64,000 nt of DNA from an uncultured Planctomycetaceae bacterium (GCA_963815195.1 CAWFGE010000015.1:1-64000); one strand, 5' to 3'. Counted from the first letter of the stretch, positions 11,305-21,722 are shown. Numbers and translations are program-made. The notes: generated by a model not told the origin, from the letters alone.

Positions 11305-12574
11305 TTGGGTGAAATCCTCGAGCATTCGAAACTCGGCGTGTTCGAATATGCCGACAACCTCTGGGAAGGCTCGGATGTCAAACTCCGCCGGCTTCGCAGA
11401 CGCGGTTGGAACCGGCACTCGGTGAGCCGATTTCTCTCGCCGAGTTACGACGAGACCGGCAAACGCATCGTTCCGTCACCCGGTGAAGCGTTTGCCCCCT
11501 CCGCCAGACCGCCGCACGGATGGAAGCCGCCGGCCGCGCGGCTGGTCATCGAAGCCGACGAAGCCGAGCCGCCGAACAAAAAACAAGAGGCGGCCGTGGC
11601 TTATCTCTTGGATAACCAAGGCCCCGTCTTGAGGCAGATCGCGGCTGCCGCGGAGGAATTCGTCCGCCATCACGATTATTGGGAATGGATGCGGGAAACG
11701 CTGGGCGACGAGTTCGGGCGGTTGGAGAAGTTGCTCAGTCGGGCGTCGGGCTGGTTGTCGGTGATCGACTTTCGAGAGATCCGCATTTCCGACAAGACCC
11801 GCCGGGAACACATCGTCGTCGGTTTCGATTGCCATTGTGCCTGGGACGGCGAGCACGGCTGGGGCATTCAGTTGGCCCGCGACCGCGTGGTGGAAACGGG
11901 CTACGGCGACGTCGGCTGGAATATCTCTAAGGAACCCGAGTTCGTCGAACATCCACGGCTGGGGAAGCTGGAAGGAAGCGTTCCCTACTGGAGATGCAAA
12001 ACCGAACTGTTGGATCAGTTCATTCGCTGCGGATGGAACGAAGCCGAAGTGGGCTCGCGGCTCGCGAAAGCGCGCCAAACGATCGCTGTTGCCCAAGCAG
12101 CCCCCGCCGCTGGAGTTGGCCGTGGAGCCTCCGCCCCAGAAGCGGCTCTGGCCGTTGGAGGTTGTGTTCGAATCGAGCGATGAATACGGCCCGACGGATT
12201 TGCAGTTCCAGTCGGTCGAATTCCTGTTGGAACATCAACAACAATTGCTGGACGCCGTCGGCAAAGCCGTGAAAAGGTACGCGGCGAAAACCGGCGTTCC
12301 CCAGGAAATGGAGGCCCTATTGGGGCCGGCGTACCCGGAACTCGAGACGATGCTGAAGTCGGGCACCGGCTGGCTCTCGCTGATTTCCTTTCAAGAGCTG
12401 CGGGTGACCGAAACGCGACGGAAAGGCAACATCGTCATCGGTTGCCGTTGTCGTTGCGGCTGGCCCTTCGACTTTTATCGCAACACAAACCAGCCGGACG
12501 CCGAGCTGGGAATCCTGCTTGCCGAACAAGGCGTGTTGCGGGTTGGCCCCAAGGACCTGATTTATGAGGTCTAA
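11305..12574 (+). CDS. Protein with two tandem DUF6985-like domains; frameshift near 12070
   Basis: AGGAG RBS before TTG at 11305. Both halves start (L/V)EH..LG and share Q..AV.(Y/F)LL..Q, GWLS.I.F.E and (V/I)G..C.C.W; the first copy has CAWDGEHG. Confidence 0.6.
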
Positions 12575-12655
12575 AATCCTTCGGCTTCAATGCATCGGGA
12601 AACCGGATTCCGGCCTTTCGCTCCTAAAAAACACTCCTAAGCCGTGGTGTCTCAC

Positions 12656-14083
12656 CTACTTTTTGGCTTTTGCCGGGGCTGTTTCGAGGTCCAACGGGTC
12701 GCCGGTGGTTTGTTGGAGCGTCTTTAACTGGGCCAGGAGCTTTTCGATCTTGGGGCCGCTCGAGGGATCGTCGGCGAGGTCGCGGGTTTCCAGCGGGTCG
12801 GTTTCGAGATCGAACAGCATCATCTTTCCGATTTGCGGATAGACGATCAGCTTATCCCGGCCCACGGTCACCATCCGCTGCGTCATCGTGTAGGCTCCGT
12901 AGATCGGTTCGTCCGCGCGGCCGGACTCGCCGGCAAGCCGGGGCGCGAGACTTTGGAATTCCACGTGGTCGGGCTTGGAGGCGCCGGCCCACTCGAGCGT
13001 GGTGGGAACGACATCTTGCATGTAAATCGGCGAATCGAGTTTTCGATCCGGGGCGATATTGGGACCGACGACCAAGAACGGCACGCGCACGCTGTGGTCG
13101 TACATGTTCTGTTTGCCCATCAAGCCATGATGCCCGCAGGCCAAACCGTGGTCCGCCGTGAACACAATATAGGTGTTCTCGGCCTGTCCGGTTTTTTCGA
13201 GGCCTTCAAGAATCCGGCCGATCTGGGCGTCCATGTGCGTGATGATCGCGTAGTATTCCGCGCGGTTGACTTTGACCGCATACTCCGTCCGCGGGAAGGG
13301 GGCGAGTTGCTCGTCGCGGATGCTGTTGCTGCCGATGTTGTAGGGGTACTCGGGATAAAACGGCTTCGGCAGGCTGACTTTTTCCAGCGGATATTTTTCG
13401 ACGTATTCCTTCGGCGACTGGCGGGGATCGTGGGCCGCGTTGAAGGCGAGATACATGAAGAACGGCTCTTCTCGCCCGGCGGCGTCGTTCAGATAATCCA
13501 AGGCGTCGTCGGCGACGATTTCGCTCCAATGCTTGCCGCCTTCCCAAAACCCGCCGAACGAGGGATCGGAGGGGCTCCACTGATCGGGCTGGCCTTCGTG
13601 CGGTCGGTCGTAGCCGGCTTTGGTTTGCGCGGGCATCCCGCCGCGGACGTGCCGGGCCGTGTGGAACACGACCTGCGGGTCGGCCTTCACGTGCCATTTG
13701 CCGGTGAAATACGTGCGATAGCCCGCCGAGGCCATCAACTGCGGCCACAATCGGTTCTTGGCCTGATAGTCCGGCTTCAGGCGTTTTTCTTCCGCCTGGG
13801 CATGCCAGAGAAACCGGCCGGTGTTCAACATCGTTCGGCTGGCGACGCAGACCGCCCCGTGCCAGCCGCCCTGGTTGTATGCCCGCGTGAACGTGGTGCC
13901 CCGTTTCACGAGGCGATCGAGATGGGGCGTTTCGACGTCCTGGTTTCCCAGAGCGTGGATCGTGTCGAACGCGAGATCGTCCGCAAAAACAAACAGCACA
14001 TTGGGCTTCTTCGCCGCCGCGTGGAGCGGCGCATCCTGCTGCGCCGCCCAAACCGCCATCATGGCCAGGAGGAGAATCCGCAT
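12656..14083 (-). CDS. Secreted formylglycine-type sulfatase (choline-sulfatase-like)
   Basis: PNVLFVFADD, CVASRTMLNTG (CxAxR variant), GKWH, TADHG, GKQNMYD, DLETDP.E. Confidence 0.92.
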   Translation of the reverse strand: MRILLLAMMAVWAAQQDAPLHAAAKKPNVLFVFADDLAFDTIHALGNQDVETPHLDRLVKRGTTFTRAYNQGGWHGAVCVASRTMLNTGRFLWHAQAEEKRLKPDYQAKNRLWPQLMASAGYRTYFTGKWHVKADPQVVFHTARHVRGGMPAQTKAGYDRPHEGQPDQWSPSDPSFGGFWEGGKHWSEIVADDALDYLNDAAGREEPFFMYLAFNAAHDPRQSPKEYVEKYPLEKVSLPKPFYPEYPYNIGSNSIRDEQLAPFPRTEYAVKVNRAEYYAIITHMDAQIGRILEGLEKTGQAENTYIVFTADHGLACGHHGLMGKQNMYDHSVRVPFLVVGPNIAPDRKLDSPIYMQDVVPTTLEWAGASKPDHVEFQSLAPRLAGESGRADEPIYGAYTMTQRMVTVGRDKLIVYPQIGKMMLFDLETDPLETRDLADDPSSGPKIEKLLAQLKTLQQTTGDPLDLETAPAKAKK

Positions 14084-14345
14084 CGGAAAGGAACGAACAC
14101 CGGCCGCAACAACATTCATCAAAACTCTCCCCTGGTGTGAATCAAAAACTTACTCCCTGAGGCCAGTATGGTCGGCCGGGAAAGATTCGTCAATTTTCCC
14201 GGCTCGGAACGAATTTCCAAACCCGGCCTGTTGATTCGTTTGCGGATTTTGCGTTTGTATTTTTAGAGCAAATCGTGGAAACTGAAGGCGTCTGTTGGTG
14301 GGCCTCGGATGAAACCATCAAACACCCTTCTTCGGGACAATTCTC

Positions 14346-15254
14346 GTGAATTCCATCCCGCTTTCCAAACCCAATCCAAATTTAACCCCCGTTGACCCTC
14401 GGCTCGACGAACAGCGGCCGGCGGATCGAAAGTCGGCCTGGGCTTCGTTCGTGGTTTCGGTGATTGTGCATCTGAATTTGATTTTGATCCTGGCGGTGAC
14501 GCTGCGGGCGATCGAAGATCCCCCGCCGCCGCCGCTGGCCATCGATACGACCTTCACGCCGGGCGAAGAGGACGAAAACGCCCAGAGCCCTCTGCCCCAA
14601 CTCGAGCAGACCCCTTTGGAACAAGTCGTGTTTGAGGACACGGCCCCGCAGTCGGCGGAACAGCTGACCAAGCCGGACAATGCGACCGATTGGCTGGGGC
14701 TGTCGGGTGTGGGTGGAGCCCAGGGCATCGGCGGAACGGGGACGGGCGGCGGCGTGGGGTTTTTCGGGACGACGGCCCGCGGGCGGTCGTTCGTGTTTGT
14801 GGTCGATTGTTCGGGCAGCATGCAGGGCGATCGGTTCCGCCGGGCGGTGGAGGAATTGAAGAAATCCATCGGCCAATTGGAACCCGGCCAGCGGTTTCAG
14901 ATTCTGTTTTTCCACGACGGCGCGGTGCCCTTGGTGCATTCGCAGCATGGCCATCAATTGATTCCCGCCCGGCGCGTCGCGATGCAGGAAGTTTTCGACT
15001 GGATTGACGCCCGGCGGGCGAACGGCGGGACCTCGCCCAACGATGCCCTCGTGCGGGCGCTGGCGTTGAAATCGGACGTGGTGTTTTTTCTGACCGACGC
15101 CGAGCGTGTGCCCCGGACCGTCAGAACCCTCATTCTGCGAAAAAACACAAACCGAACAATCGTCCACACGATTGCATTTGGCAATCGCGGCGGCGAAACT
15201 TTAATGCAAGGAATTGCAGCGGATCACCAGGGACGATACCGCTTCGTCCCATAA
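14346..15254 (+). CDS. Membrane-anchored von Willebrand factor A domain protein (copy 1)
   Basis: N-terminal TM (SVIVH), Gly-rich linker, FVFVVDCSGSM MIDAS, GGT.P, FFLTD, HTIAFG. Confidence 0.85.
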   Translation: MNSIPLSKPNPNLTPVDPRLDEQRPADRKSAWASFVVSVIVHLNLILILAVTLRAIEDPPPPPLAIDTTFTPGEEDENAQSPLPQLEQTPLEQVVFEDTAPQSAEQLTKPDNATDWLGLSGVGGAQGIGGTGTGGGVGFFGTTARGRSFVFVVDCSGSMQGDRFRRAVEELKKSIGQLEPGQRFQILFFHDGAVPLVHSQHGHQLIPARRVAMQEVFDWIDARRANGGTSPNDALVRALALKSDVVFFLTDAERVPRTVRTLILRKNTNRTIVHTIAFGNRGGETLMQGIAADHQGRYRFVP

Positions 15255-15270
15255 AGGAACTGCGCGAAAA

Positions 15271-15329
15271 ATTAGCCGGAAGGCGCCGGGGCCGGTTCTC
15301 CCTTGAACCGGGGCTAGCGCCCGGCGAAT
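15271..15329. repeat. Family-A REP-like hairpin (degenerate)
   Basis: ATTAGCCGGAAGGCGC..CCGGTTC / GAACCGGGGCTAGCGCCCGGCGAAT, related to 29690-29753. Confidence 0.65.
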
Positions 15330-15364
15330 GGATACGTTTCTCCTCAACCTGGGCCCTGCGGCTG

Positions 15365-16459
15365 ATGAATGCGACGTGTTTCCCGATCGAGAAAGAATCG
15401 AGGTCGATGATGACCAGCCTCACCCAAGGACAGCGAATCGCCAAAACATTAGCGCCGTGCGAACCCGCGGGCGAGGAAGCGCCGCCCGCCGCGTTTCTTT
15501 CGCTTTCCGAACGCGTGTTGAGCTTCTTCGTGTCGGTGGTGGTTCATTCGCTCTTGCTGCTATTCCTCGCGATTTTTGTTTACGGGAACCGAACCGAGCC
15601 GGCAGCCGACGAATCGCTGGAGAGCCGGGTGGAAGTGCTGCCGGAACAGGAAGCCATCACGGAGGCCGAGATTTCTGTGGAGGAAATGCTCAACGCCTCG
15701 GACGAGCAGGATTCCTCGAAGGTGCTTAAGAACGTCGCGCAATTGGCCAACGCCTCCGCCGCGCCGCCGGTGAAGGTCTTTGTGTCCACGACGAACGTGG
15801 CCCCGGTGCTCAGTCCCCAATCCGGAAACGGTTGGGGCGGCGACGAGCTTGCGGGCTTGGGCGAGGGGGCCGGGTCCGGCAAAACGGCGGGCAACGGCAA
15901 CCAGGAAGAAGGCGACGGCGAAGTGGGCTTCTTCGGCACCAAGGCCAAGGGCAAATCGTTTGTGTTCATCGTGGATTGCTCGGGCAGCATGACCACCCCC
16001 ACGGGAATGTTCGTGCCTCGCTTCCAACTGCCCGTCACGCGGTTTTTCCGGGCCCGGCAGGAACTCTACGCTTCGCTCGCGCAGCTGTCGAAGAACCAGG
16101 CGTTCTACATCATCTTCTACAACCACGAGACCTTCCCCATGTTCTTCCCGCGGAACGCCCAAGCGTTGGTGCCCGCCCGCCCGGAGTTCGTGGGCATGGC
16201 CCGGACGTGGATCACGAAAGTTGAACCGGGCGGCGGCACCGACCCGCGGGAGGCGTTCCAACTCGCCTTGGCCCTCAAGCCGGAGGTGATCTTCTTCCTC
16301 ACCGACGGAGCCATCCCGCCCGCGACCCGGCTGGTCGCCAAGCAGGCCAACAAGAGCCGGACGATCATCCACACAATCGCGTTCGGCATTCTGAACCACC
16401 AGGACATCCTGAAAGGCATCGCCGCCGACAACGGGGGCCGGTTCCGCTTCGTGCCTTGA
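15365..16459 (+). CDS. Membrane-anchored von Willebrand factor A domain protein (copy 2)
   Basis: TM (SVVVH), FVFIVDCSGSM, GGTDP, FFLTDG, HTIAFG; the ending GRFRFVP* matches copy 1. Confidence 0.85.
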   Translation: MNATCFPIEKESRSMMTSLTQGQRIAKTLAPCEPAGEEAPPAAFLSLSERVLSFFVSVVVHSLLLLFLAIFVYGNRTEPAADESLESRVEVLPEQEAITEAEISVEEMLNASDEQDSSKVLKNVAQLANASAAPPVKVFVSTTNVAPVLSPQSGNGWGGDELAGLGEGAGSGKTAGNGNQEEGDGEVGFFGTKAKGKSFVFIVDCSGSMTTPTGMFVPRFQLPVTRFFRARQELYASLAQLSKNQAFYIIFYNHETFPMFFPRNAQALVPARPEFVGMARTWITKVEPGGGTDPREAFQLALALKPEVIFFLTDGAIPPATRLVAKQANKSRTIIHTIAFGILNHQDILKGIAADNGGRFRFVP

Positions 16460-16483
16460 TTCTATTTTTTCCCGCGATCCGCC

Positions 16484-16792
16484 GTGACTGACGAATCCCA
16501 AACTCATTCCCAAGAGGCCTTCCATTCCCCCGCGGTCGCCAAGCTGAAGGGCCGGGAGATTGTGTTGGATCTCAGCAGTTCCTACGTGGTCCTCGGCACC
16601 TTGGCAGGGGAGGATCACCGCTATTTGATCCTCAAAGACGCCGACGTGCACGACCTCCGCGACACGACGACCACGCGCGATGCCTATGTGCTGGATGCCC
16701 GCCAACACGGCATCCAATCCAACCGCCGTCGGGTTCTGGTCCGCCACGAGGAAGTCGTCAGCCTCTCCGCCTTGGACGACGTGCTGACATAA
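16484..16792 (+). CDS. Small hypothetical protein with a probable Sm/LSm-like fold
   Basis: LKGREIVLDL....VLGTL.GED..YLILKDA (Sm1-like) and RVLVR.EEVVSLS (Sm2-like). Confidence 0.6.
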   Translation: MTDESQTHSQEAFHSPAVAKLKGREIVLDLSSSYVVLGTLAGEDHRYLILKDADVHDLRDTTTTRDAYVLDARQHGIQSNRRRVLVRHEEVVSLSALDDVLT

Positions 16793-16829
16793 GGGCGTGT
16801 CCGCCGGGATGTCCCGACGTCTTATAAAC

Positions 16830-17125
16830 CGACTCTTGAGGAATTCTGCGCAGGAGAAGAAGACCGCGCACAGGGCATGAAAAACTTGGGCTCCCGGGAA
16901 CTCGTGATTTGCAGCTACGGGCTGTTGCATACCGAATCCAAAAGGCTCCAAGCCCAAGCCCAAGCCTGGCACACGGTGGTCCTGGACGAAGCCCCCGGCC
17001 ATCAAGAACATGGCGACGCTCCGTTCGCAGGCCGCGATGGGCTTGACCGCCGATTTCCGGCTGATCATGCCGGCACTCCCTTGGAAAATCATCTGGGCGA
17101 ACTGTGGAACCTGTTCGAGTTCATC
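16830..17125 (+). pseudogene. Internal fragment of an SNF2-family helicase gene
   Basis: Across shifting frames it reads LVICSYGLL, WHTVVLDEA, IKNMATLRSQAAM, GTPLENHLGELWNLFEFI (SNF2 motifs Ic-II-III). Motif I and the C-terminal domain are absent. Confidence 0.85.
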
Positions 17126-17513
17126 AGGTGTGTCCGAAGGGGTCTTCGACCGTGCCCGAGCGGTCCCCGCAGAATTGATCCTGCACGGGCCGCCGGACGG
17201 TCGCTCCCGCATCGACCGCTTGCTGGAACGCGTCATCCACGTTTTCCACGTAGACACAGAAACTGACCGGCGTGCCTCCCAGGTTTTGCGGGCTGAGGGC
17301 GTTCATGCCCGGGTATTCGCCCGCCATCATCAGCCGCGAATCGCCCACTTGAAATTCCGCGTGCATGATCCCGACCTTGGGGTCCGGCATCCGCACATGC
17401 TCGACGGCTTCGAAGGCCTTCCGATAAAACTCCAGCGCCGCGGCCGGGTTTTTGACGATCAAGTAAGGTGTCACGCTATGAAAGCCTTCGGGAATCCGGC
17501 GGCTGGAAGCCAC
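17124..17513 (-). pseudogene. VOC/glyoxalase (PhnB-like) protein, C-terminally truncated
   Basis: IPEGFHSVTPYL, AALEFY.KAF, IMHAE..VGDS, DQFCGDRSG.V.DPFGHT*. It stops where the family normally continues with W and a last strand. Confidence 0.75.
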
Positions 17514-17515
17514 CG

Positions 17516-18937
17516 CTATGATTTCAGCAGCCGGTTTAAGAGCTGGCCGGGGCAGATGACGAGGGGGCGGCCTTGGGCGTCTTGGAAGGTCAGTTCGCGA
17601 TCGACGCCCAACAGGTGATAGATCGTCGCCACCAGATCGACCGGCCGCACGGCGTCGCTGGCGGGATAGGCGGCGTGGCGATCGGAGGATCCGTAAACCT
17701 GCCCGCCGGAAATCCCGCCGCCGGCGAGGACGCTGGCAAAACAGTTCGGCCAATGGTCCCGCCCATCGCGGCCGGCCCCGGCATCGCTGTTTCGCTGGCC
17801 GATTTTCGGCGTGCGGCCGAACTCGCCCGTCCAGACCACCAGTGTCTCATCGAACAGCCCGCGGTCCTTGAGGTCGTCGAGCAGCGCGGAAAACGCGCGG
17901 TCGGCGACGGGCATCAAGCGTTCTTTCAAATCGATGAAGTTCCGCGAATGCGTGTCCCAATACACCGAGACGTTTTTGATGCCGTCGTTCGGCCAGAACA
18001 CCGTGACCAAAGGCACGCCGCGTTCGATCAACCGCCGGGCTTGAAGCACCGACTGCCCGTGCGGATTGCGGCCGTAGCGCTCGCGGACTTCCGCGGGTTC
18101 TTGCGTCAAATCAAACGCCTGCCGGCCCACCGCGGAGCCCAATAAATCAAACGCCCGCTGATAATGGGCCGTCATCGCGCGGGGGTCGGATTGCTCAAGG
18201 GTGGCTTGGAGTTGGCGTTCCAGATCGTAAAGCAGTTCCTTCCGCCGATCCAATCGCCTGATCGTGAGTTCCGGTTGCAACACAAAATCGCCGACGTGGT
18301 AATCGGGCAAGGCGGGGTTGGAATCGATTGTTAAGGGATCGAACCGCTGCCCCAGCCAACCGGCGAACTGCCCGTGGCTTTCTTCCACGAAGCGGGGGAC
18401 GGTGTTCTCGAGCTTGGGCCGCATGGAGACGAACGGCGGCAACGGCGGCCGGCCCGCTCCCAACTTCGCCAGTACCGCCCCCATATGCGGCCAGTCGCCT
18501 CGCAAATCACCGCCGGGCGGCGGCGGTTGGCCGGTGAGCAGGTAATGCGTGGAGGTGGTGTGGTTCACATCGCCATGCGTCATCGACCGCACGATCGCCA
18601 AGTCGTTCGTCCGCTGGGACAACAGCGGAAAATGCTCGCTGATGAAAACCCCCGGCGTCTTTGTGGGAATCGGCTGAAACTCGCCGCGAACCTCCGCCGG
18701 GGCGTCGGGTTTCAAATCCCACGTATCCTGATGCGCCGGCCCGCCCCACATAAACAGCAAAATGCAAGCCTTCGCCCGCCCGGGTTTTAAGGGTCGAGGA
18801 CCTTCGGCCGCTTGGGCCGTCTCGCGTCCCGCCAAGAGCTGCGGGAGCGTCAATCCGAAAAGTCCCACGCTCCCCGCTTTGAGCAGATCGCGGCGATTGG
18901 GGAAGTGGCAGGATGGAGACGCATTCGGATTCAGCAT
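17516..18937 (-). CDS. DUF1501 domain protein (Tat-like RR leader)
   Basis: NRRDLLK, LFMWGGPAHQDTWDLKP, ARRLIERGV, WDTH, GEFGRTP, GRDHW. Confidence 0.92.
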   Translation of the reverse strand: MLNPNASPSCHFPNRRDLLKAGSVGLFGLTLPQLLAGRETAQAAEGPRPLKPGRAKACILLFMWGGPAHQDTWDLKPDAPAEVRGEFQPIPTKTPGVFISEHFPLLSQRTNDLAIVRSMTHGDVNHTTSTHYLLTGQPPPPGGDLRGDWPHMGAVLAKLGAGRPPLPPFVSMRPKLENTVPRFVEESHGQFAGWLGQRFDPLTIDSNPALPDYHVGDFVLQPELTIRRLDRRKELLYDLERQLQATLEQSDPRAMTAHYQRAFDLLGSAVGRQAFDLTQEPAEVRERYGRNPHGQSVLQARRLIERGVPLVTVFWPNDGIKNVSVYWDTHSRNFIDLKERLMPVADRAFSALLDDLKDRGLFDETLVVWTGEFGRTPKIGQRNSDAGAGRDGRDHWPNCFASVLAGGGISGGQVYGSSDRHAAYPASDAVRPVDLVATIYHLLGVDRELTFQDAQGRPLVICPGQLLNRLLKS

Positions 18938-19035
18938 GGTTGATATTCTAACCGGCCATCTCTTCAATGCGAACCGCTTGCGCGATTTTCAGGGCTCGCT
19001 CCCGGTCCATCGCCTCTGCCGAGAAATCCGCCGGC

Positions 19036-20466
19036 TCACGCCGGCCGCTCGCCGGGTTTCTCTTCGTCGCTGAGTTCTTCGTCCGGCGGCCGATAGAATA
19101 TCGCCACGGGCAAGAGCATCAGGGCCATGACGCCGAAGATCCAATGCACTCCCAAAGCCAACCCGTTCAAAATGGTCCCGGCGAGCGCCACAAACGCGGC
19201 GGCGAAGCAGATTGCGAGCCAGTTGACGAGATTCATCGCCCCGATCATTCGGCCCTTCTGATCCTCTGGCGGCCGGGCTTGCATGAAAACCTGCAAAGGC
19301 ACGATAAACAAACCCCCGAAAAACCCGACGCCCAGCATCGCGGTCCGGGCGAAAAACTCCCGCAGCGATTCCGGCCAGAGCATCGAAAGCAGCGATTCCG
19401 GCGGAGAGGTTGTTGTCAGATTGCCGGCGGTCTTGGGGTCGATGGGTTCCAAACCCAACCCCAGCACGACCAGCAAACACAAGGACGCGATCAAGCCCCC
19501 GGTGCCGATCCGCACCAGGTGGAAGTTGATCTCATGATGCGACAACTTGCCGGCGATCAGGCAACCCAAAGCGATGCCGATGCCCATAAAGGCTCCGAGC
19601 AAACTCGTGCGGGCGTCGCCTAGGGAGAGGAGGTCTTTTCCGAAGGTGTTGGCGGTCGGCTGCATCACGCCGCCCAGAAACCAGAACAGGGACGAAATCA
19701 ACAGCACTTCCAAGAGTAAGCGATCGCCCCGGAGCATCGCCCAGGTTTCGCGGTTGATGCCCAGGGCCGACCATTCAAATTTCAGACCCGGATGGGCCAC
19801 GGGAGTCCGCCGGACCAACAGCGAAGTCATCGTGCCCAAGACCGCGATCCCCACGCACATGGCCGAGACGATCCACAGTTGATCTTGAAACCATTCCTTC
19901 GCGAACCCCGCGGCGGCGAAGCCGAAGATGATCGCCACGAACGTGGTCATTTGAATGATGCCGTTGGCCTGCGGCAGGTCGCGGTCGGGGAAGAGTTCCG
20001 GGAGGATGCCGTATTTCGAGGGGCCGAAAAACGCGCTCTGCGTGCTCATCAGAAACAGCACGACGAACAAAAACAGAAACCGCTGAGCGGGGTAAATCGT
20101 GCCCGCGAAAAAGGCTCCCATCCCGGCGGCCATGATCGCGATTTCCGCGACCTTGGCCGCGACGACGATCCCGCGCTTGCTCATGCGGTCGCTGAGAAAC
20201 CCCGCGAACCCGGAAAACAAAACGAACGGAATCGCAAACAGGGCGAGTGCAATCGATTGATACTGCTGATATGCGGATCCCATCTTCAGATAGGCATCGA
20301 CGCAGATCAGCATCACCAACTGTTTGTAGAGATTGTCGTTGAAGGCCCCCAGGAACTGCGTGCTCGTCATCCCCCAAAACGCCCGGTCGTGAAGCAGTCT
20401 GGGCGAATGACCGGCGCGGACGGACGGGGGCGAACTCGTCATGGAATTTGAGATTTCCGTCTTCAA
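19036..20466 (-). CDS. MFS transporter, LplT/Aas-type
   Basis: TQFLGAFNDNLYK, QSAFFGPSKYGILPE, ~12 TM helices. Confidence 0.88.
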   Translation of the reverse strand: MKTEISNSMTSSPPSVRAGHSPRLLHDRAFWGMTSTQFLGAFNDNLYKQLVMLICVDAYLKMGSAYQQYQSIALALFAIPFVLFSGFAGFLSDRMSKRGIVVAAKVAEIAIMAAGMGAFFAGTIYPAQRFLFLFVVLFLMSTQSAFFGPSKYGILPELFPDRDLPQANGIIQMTTFVAIIFGFAAAGFAKEWFQDQLWIVSAMCVGIAVLGTMTSLLVRRTPVAHPGLKFEWSALGINRETWAMLRGDRLLLEVLLISSLFWFLGGVMQPTANTFGKDLLSLGDARTSLLGAFMGIGIALGCLIAGKLSHHEINFHLVRIGTGGLIASLCLLVVLGLGLEPIDPKTAGNLTTTSPPESLLSMLWPESLREFFARTAMLGVGFFGGLFIVPLQVFMQARPPEDQKGRMIGAMNLVNWLAICFAAAFVALAGTILNGLALGVHWIFGVMALMLLPVAIFYRPPDEELSDEEKPGERPA

Positions 20467-20523
20467 TCGAAATTCGTCCGGCTCGGCTCGCCGGTCGCTG
20501 ACCTACGTTTCGGAACTTCGAAA

Positions 20524-20742
20524 TCAGAGATAATCCGAGAGGGCCCACAGCAAGAGAAACACGCCGCCCATAAAAACCATGATGGTCGTGAACAACCGGA
20601 GCGCTCGGCGGAAGATGACCTCGGGGATTTCGAATCGGCTGGCACTATACACCAAACTAATGACCAAAGCCATCGGCACGAGATGCCAACTGATCGATTG
20701 CGTCGCGCCAATATGGGCCAGAAGCAGAAGCGGAGCAAACAT
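20524..20742 (-). CDS. Small two-TM membrane protein
   Basis: 72 aa from ATG 20742 with ISLVYSASR.E motif and two hydrophobic helices; lies in a co-directional gene run. Confidence 0.65.
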   Translation of the reverse strand: MFAPLLLLAHIGATQSISWHLVPMALVISLVYSASRFEIPEVIFRRALRLFTTIMVFMGGVFLLLWALSDYL

Positions 20743-20791
20743 GACGGAAGTTCCGGTGAGGAGGGTTGGCCGAACCGCGGGCCGAAACGGA

Positions 20792-21722
20792 TTAGCCGGC
20801 CGCGGCGGGGTGTTTTTCGGATTTGGACTTGGGCGGGCCGTCGCCTTCTGCGTCTTGTTTTCCGCTCTTGGAGGCGTCGGCCTCGCCTTCGAGTTTTTCA
20901 TCGCCGTAGCCGTAGGCGGGGCCTTCCAAAGCATCCCACATCACGAGCACATTGAGCAGCGAAGCGATCCAGGTATAGACCAAGGCCAGGTCGTAGGTTT
21001 TTCCGTATTGGGAATGCAACTGGTCCAGCCGTTGTTGCTCCAAGGGCACGGCCAACCGGTCGAGCACCGGCCGGGGGATCGCCCCGCGGATGCGGCCGAC
21101 GGTTTTCTCCTGCCCGGCGGACGCGTCTTCCACAATGTCGATGGCGAGCACGCGCTGGGGGTCGCCATAGACCTTGGGGCCGATGTCAAAGGCATACTTG
21201 AGCTTGAGCCTCCACCGGCCCGGCGTCTTCTATTTGCTTGGTTTGGGGATTGAATTTCCGCACGGTTCCCGTAAACCGTCCCTCCGCGTCCGCTCCGAAC
21301 GAAGTCATCACGGGCTGGAGGTCGATGTGCCCGACGATGTGGCTCTCTTCGATGCCTTCCGCCCGGTCGAAGCCCATCACCCCCTCAAACGGGGCCGAGA
21401 TCGGCTCGTCCAGCCATTTTTGCGGCACGTTGGAGTCGGCCGCGTATCGCCGCTGCTGAACCACCGCGAAAATCGCCGGCGTCCCGATCGGCATTTGGGC
21501 GACAAACCCCCAACGGCGGCCCGATGACGACGCGGGACTTCCCGCGTACAGGGCGGTCCAATCGGAGAGAAACATCCCATAGATGAACGTCCCGACGATG
21601 CAAATGCCATAAAGCACGCCTTTGAAGGTTCGCCCCTGATACAAATGCCCCGCCCCGGGGAACAAAAACGCCAAAACGGCGGCCACGTAAGGGTTTTTCA
21701 GCGGAATCCGGGGGTCAGCCAT
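20792..21722 (-). CDS. DUF6677-like membrane protein; frameshift(s) near 21150-21190
   Basis: N-terminal LKNPYVAAVLAFLFPGAGHLYQGR and C-terminal YDLALVYTWIASLLNVLVMWDA lie in adjacent ORFs. Confidence 0.7.

Noticed and set aside
17121..17126. TGA recoding (Trp or Sec) at the end of the VOC gene
   Set aside because: Two consecutive TGA codons are followed by the antisense of the SNF2 fragment rather than VOC-like sequence, and TGA is an ordinary stop elsewhere in the window.
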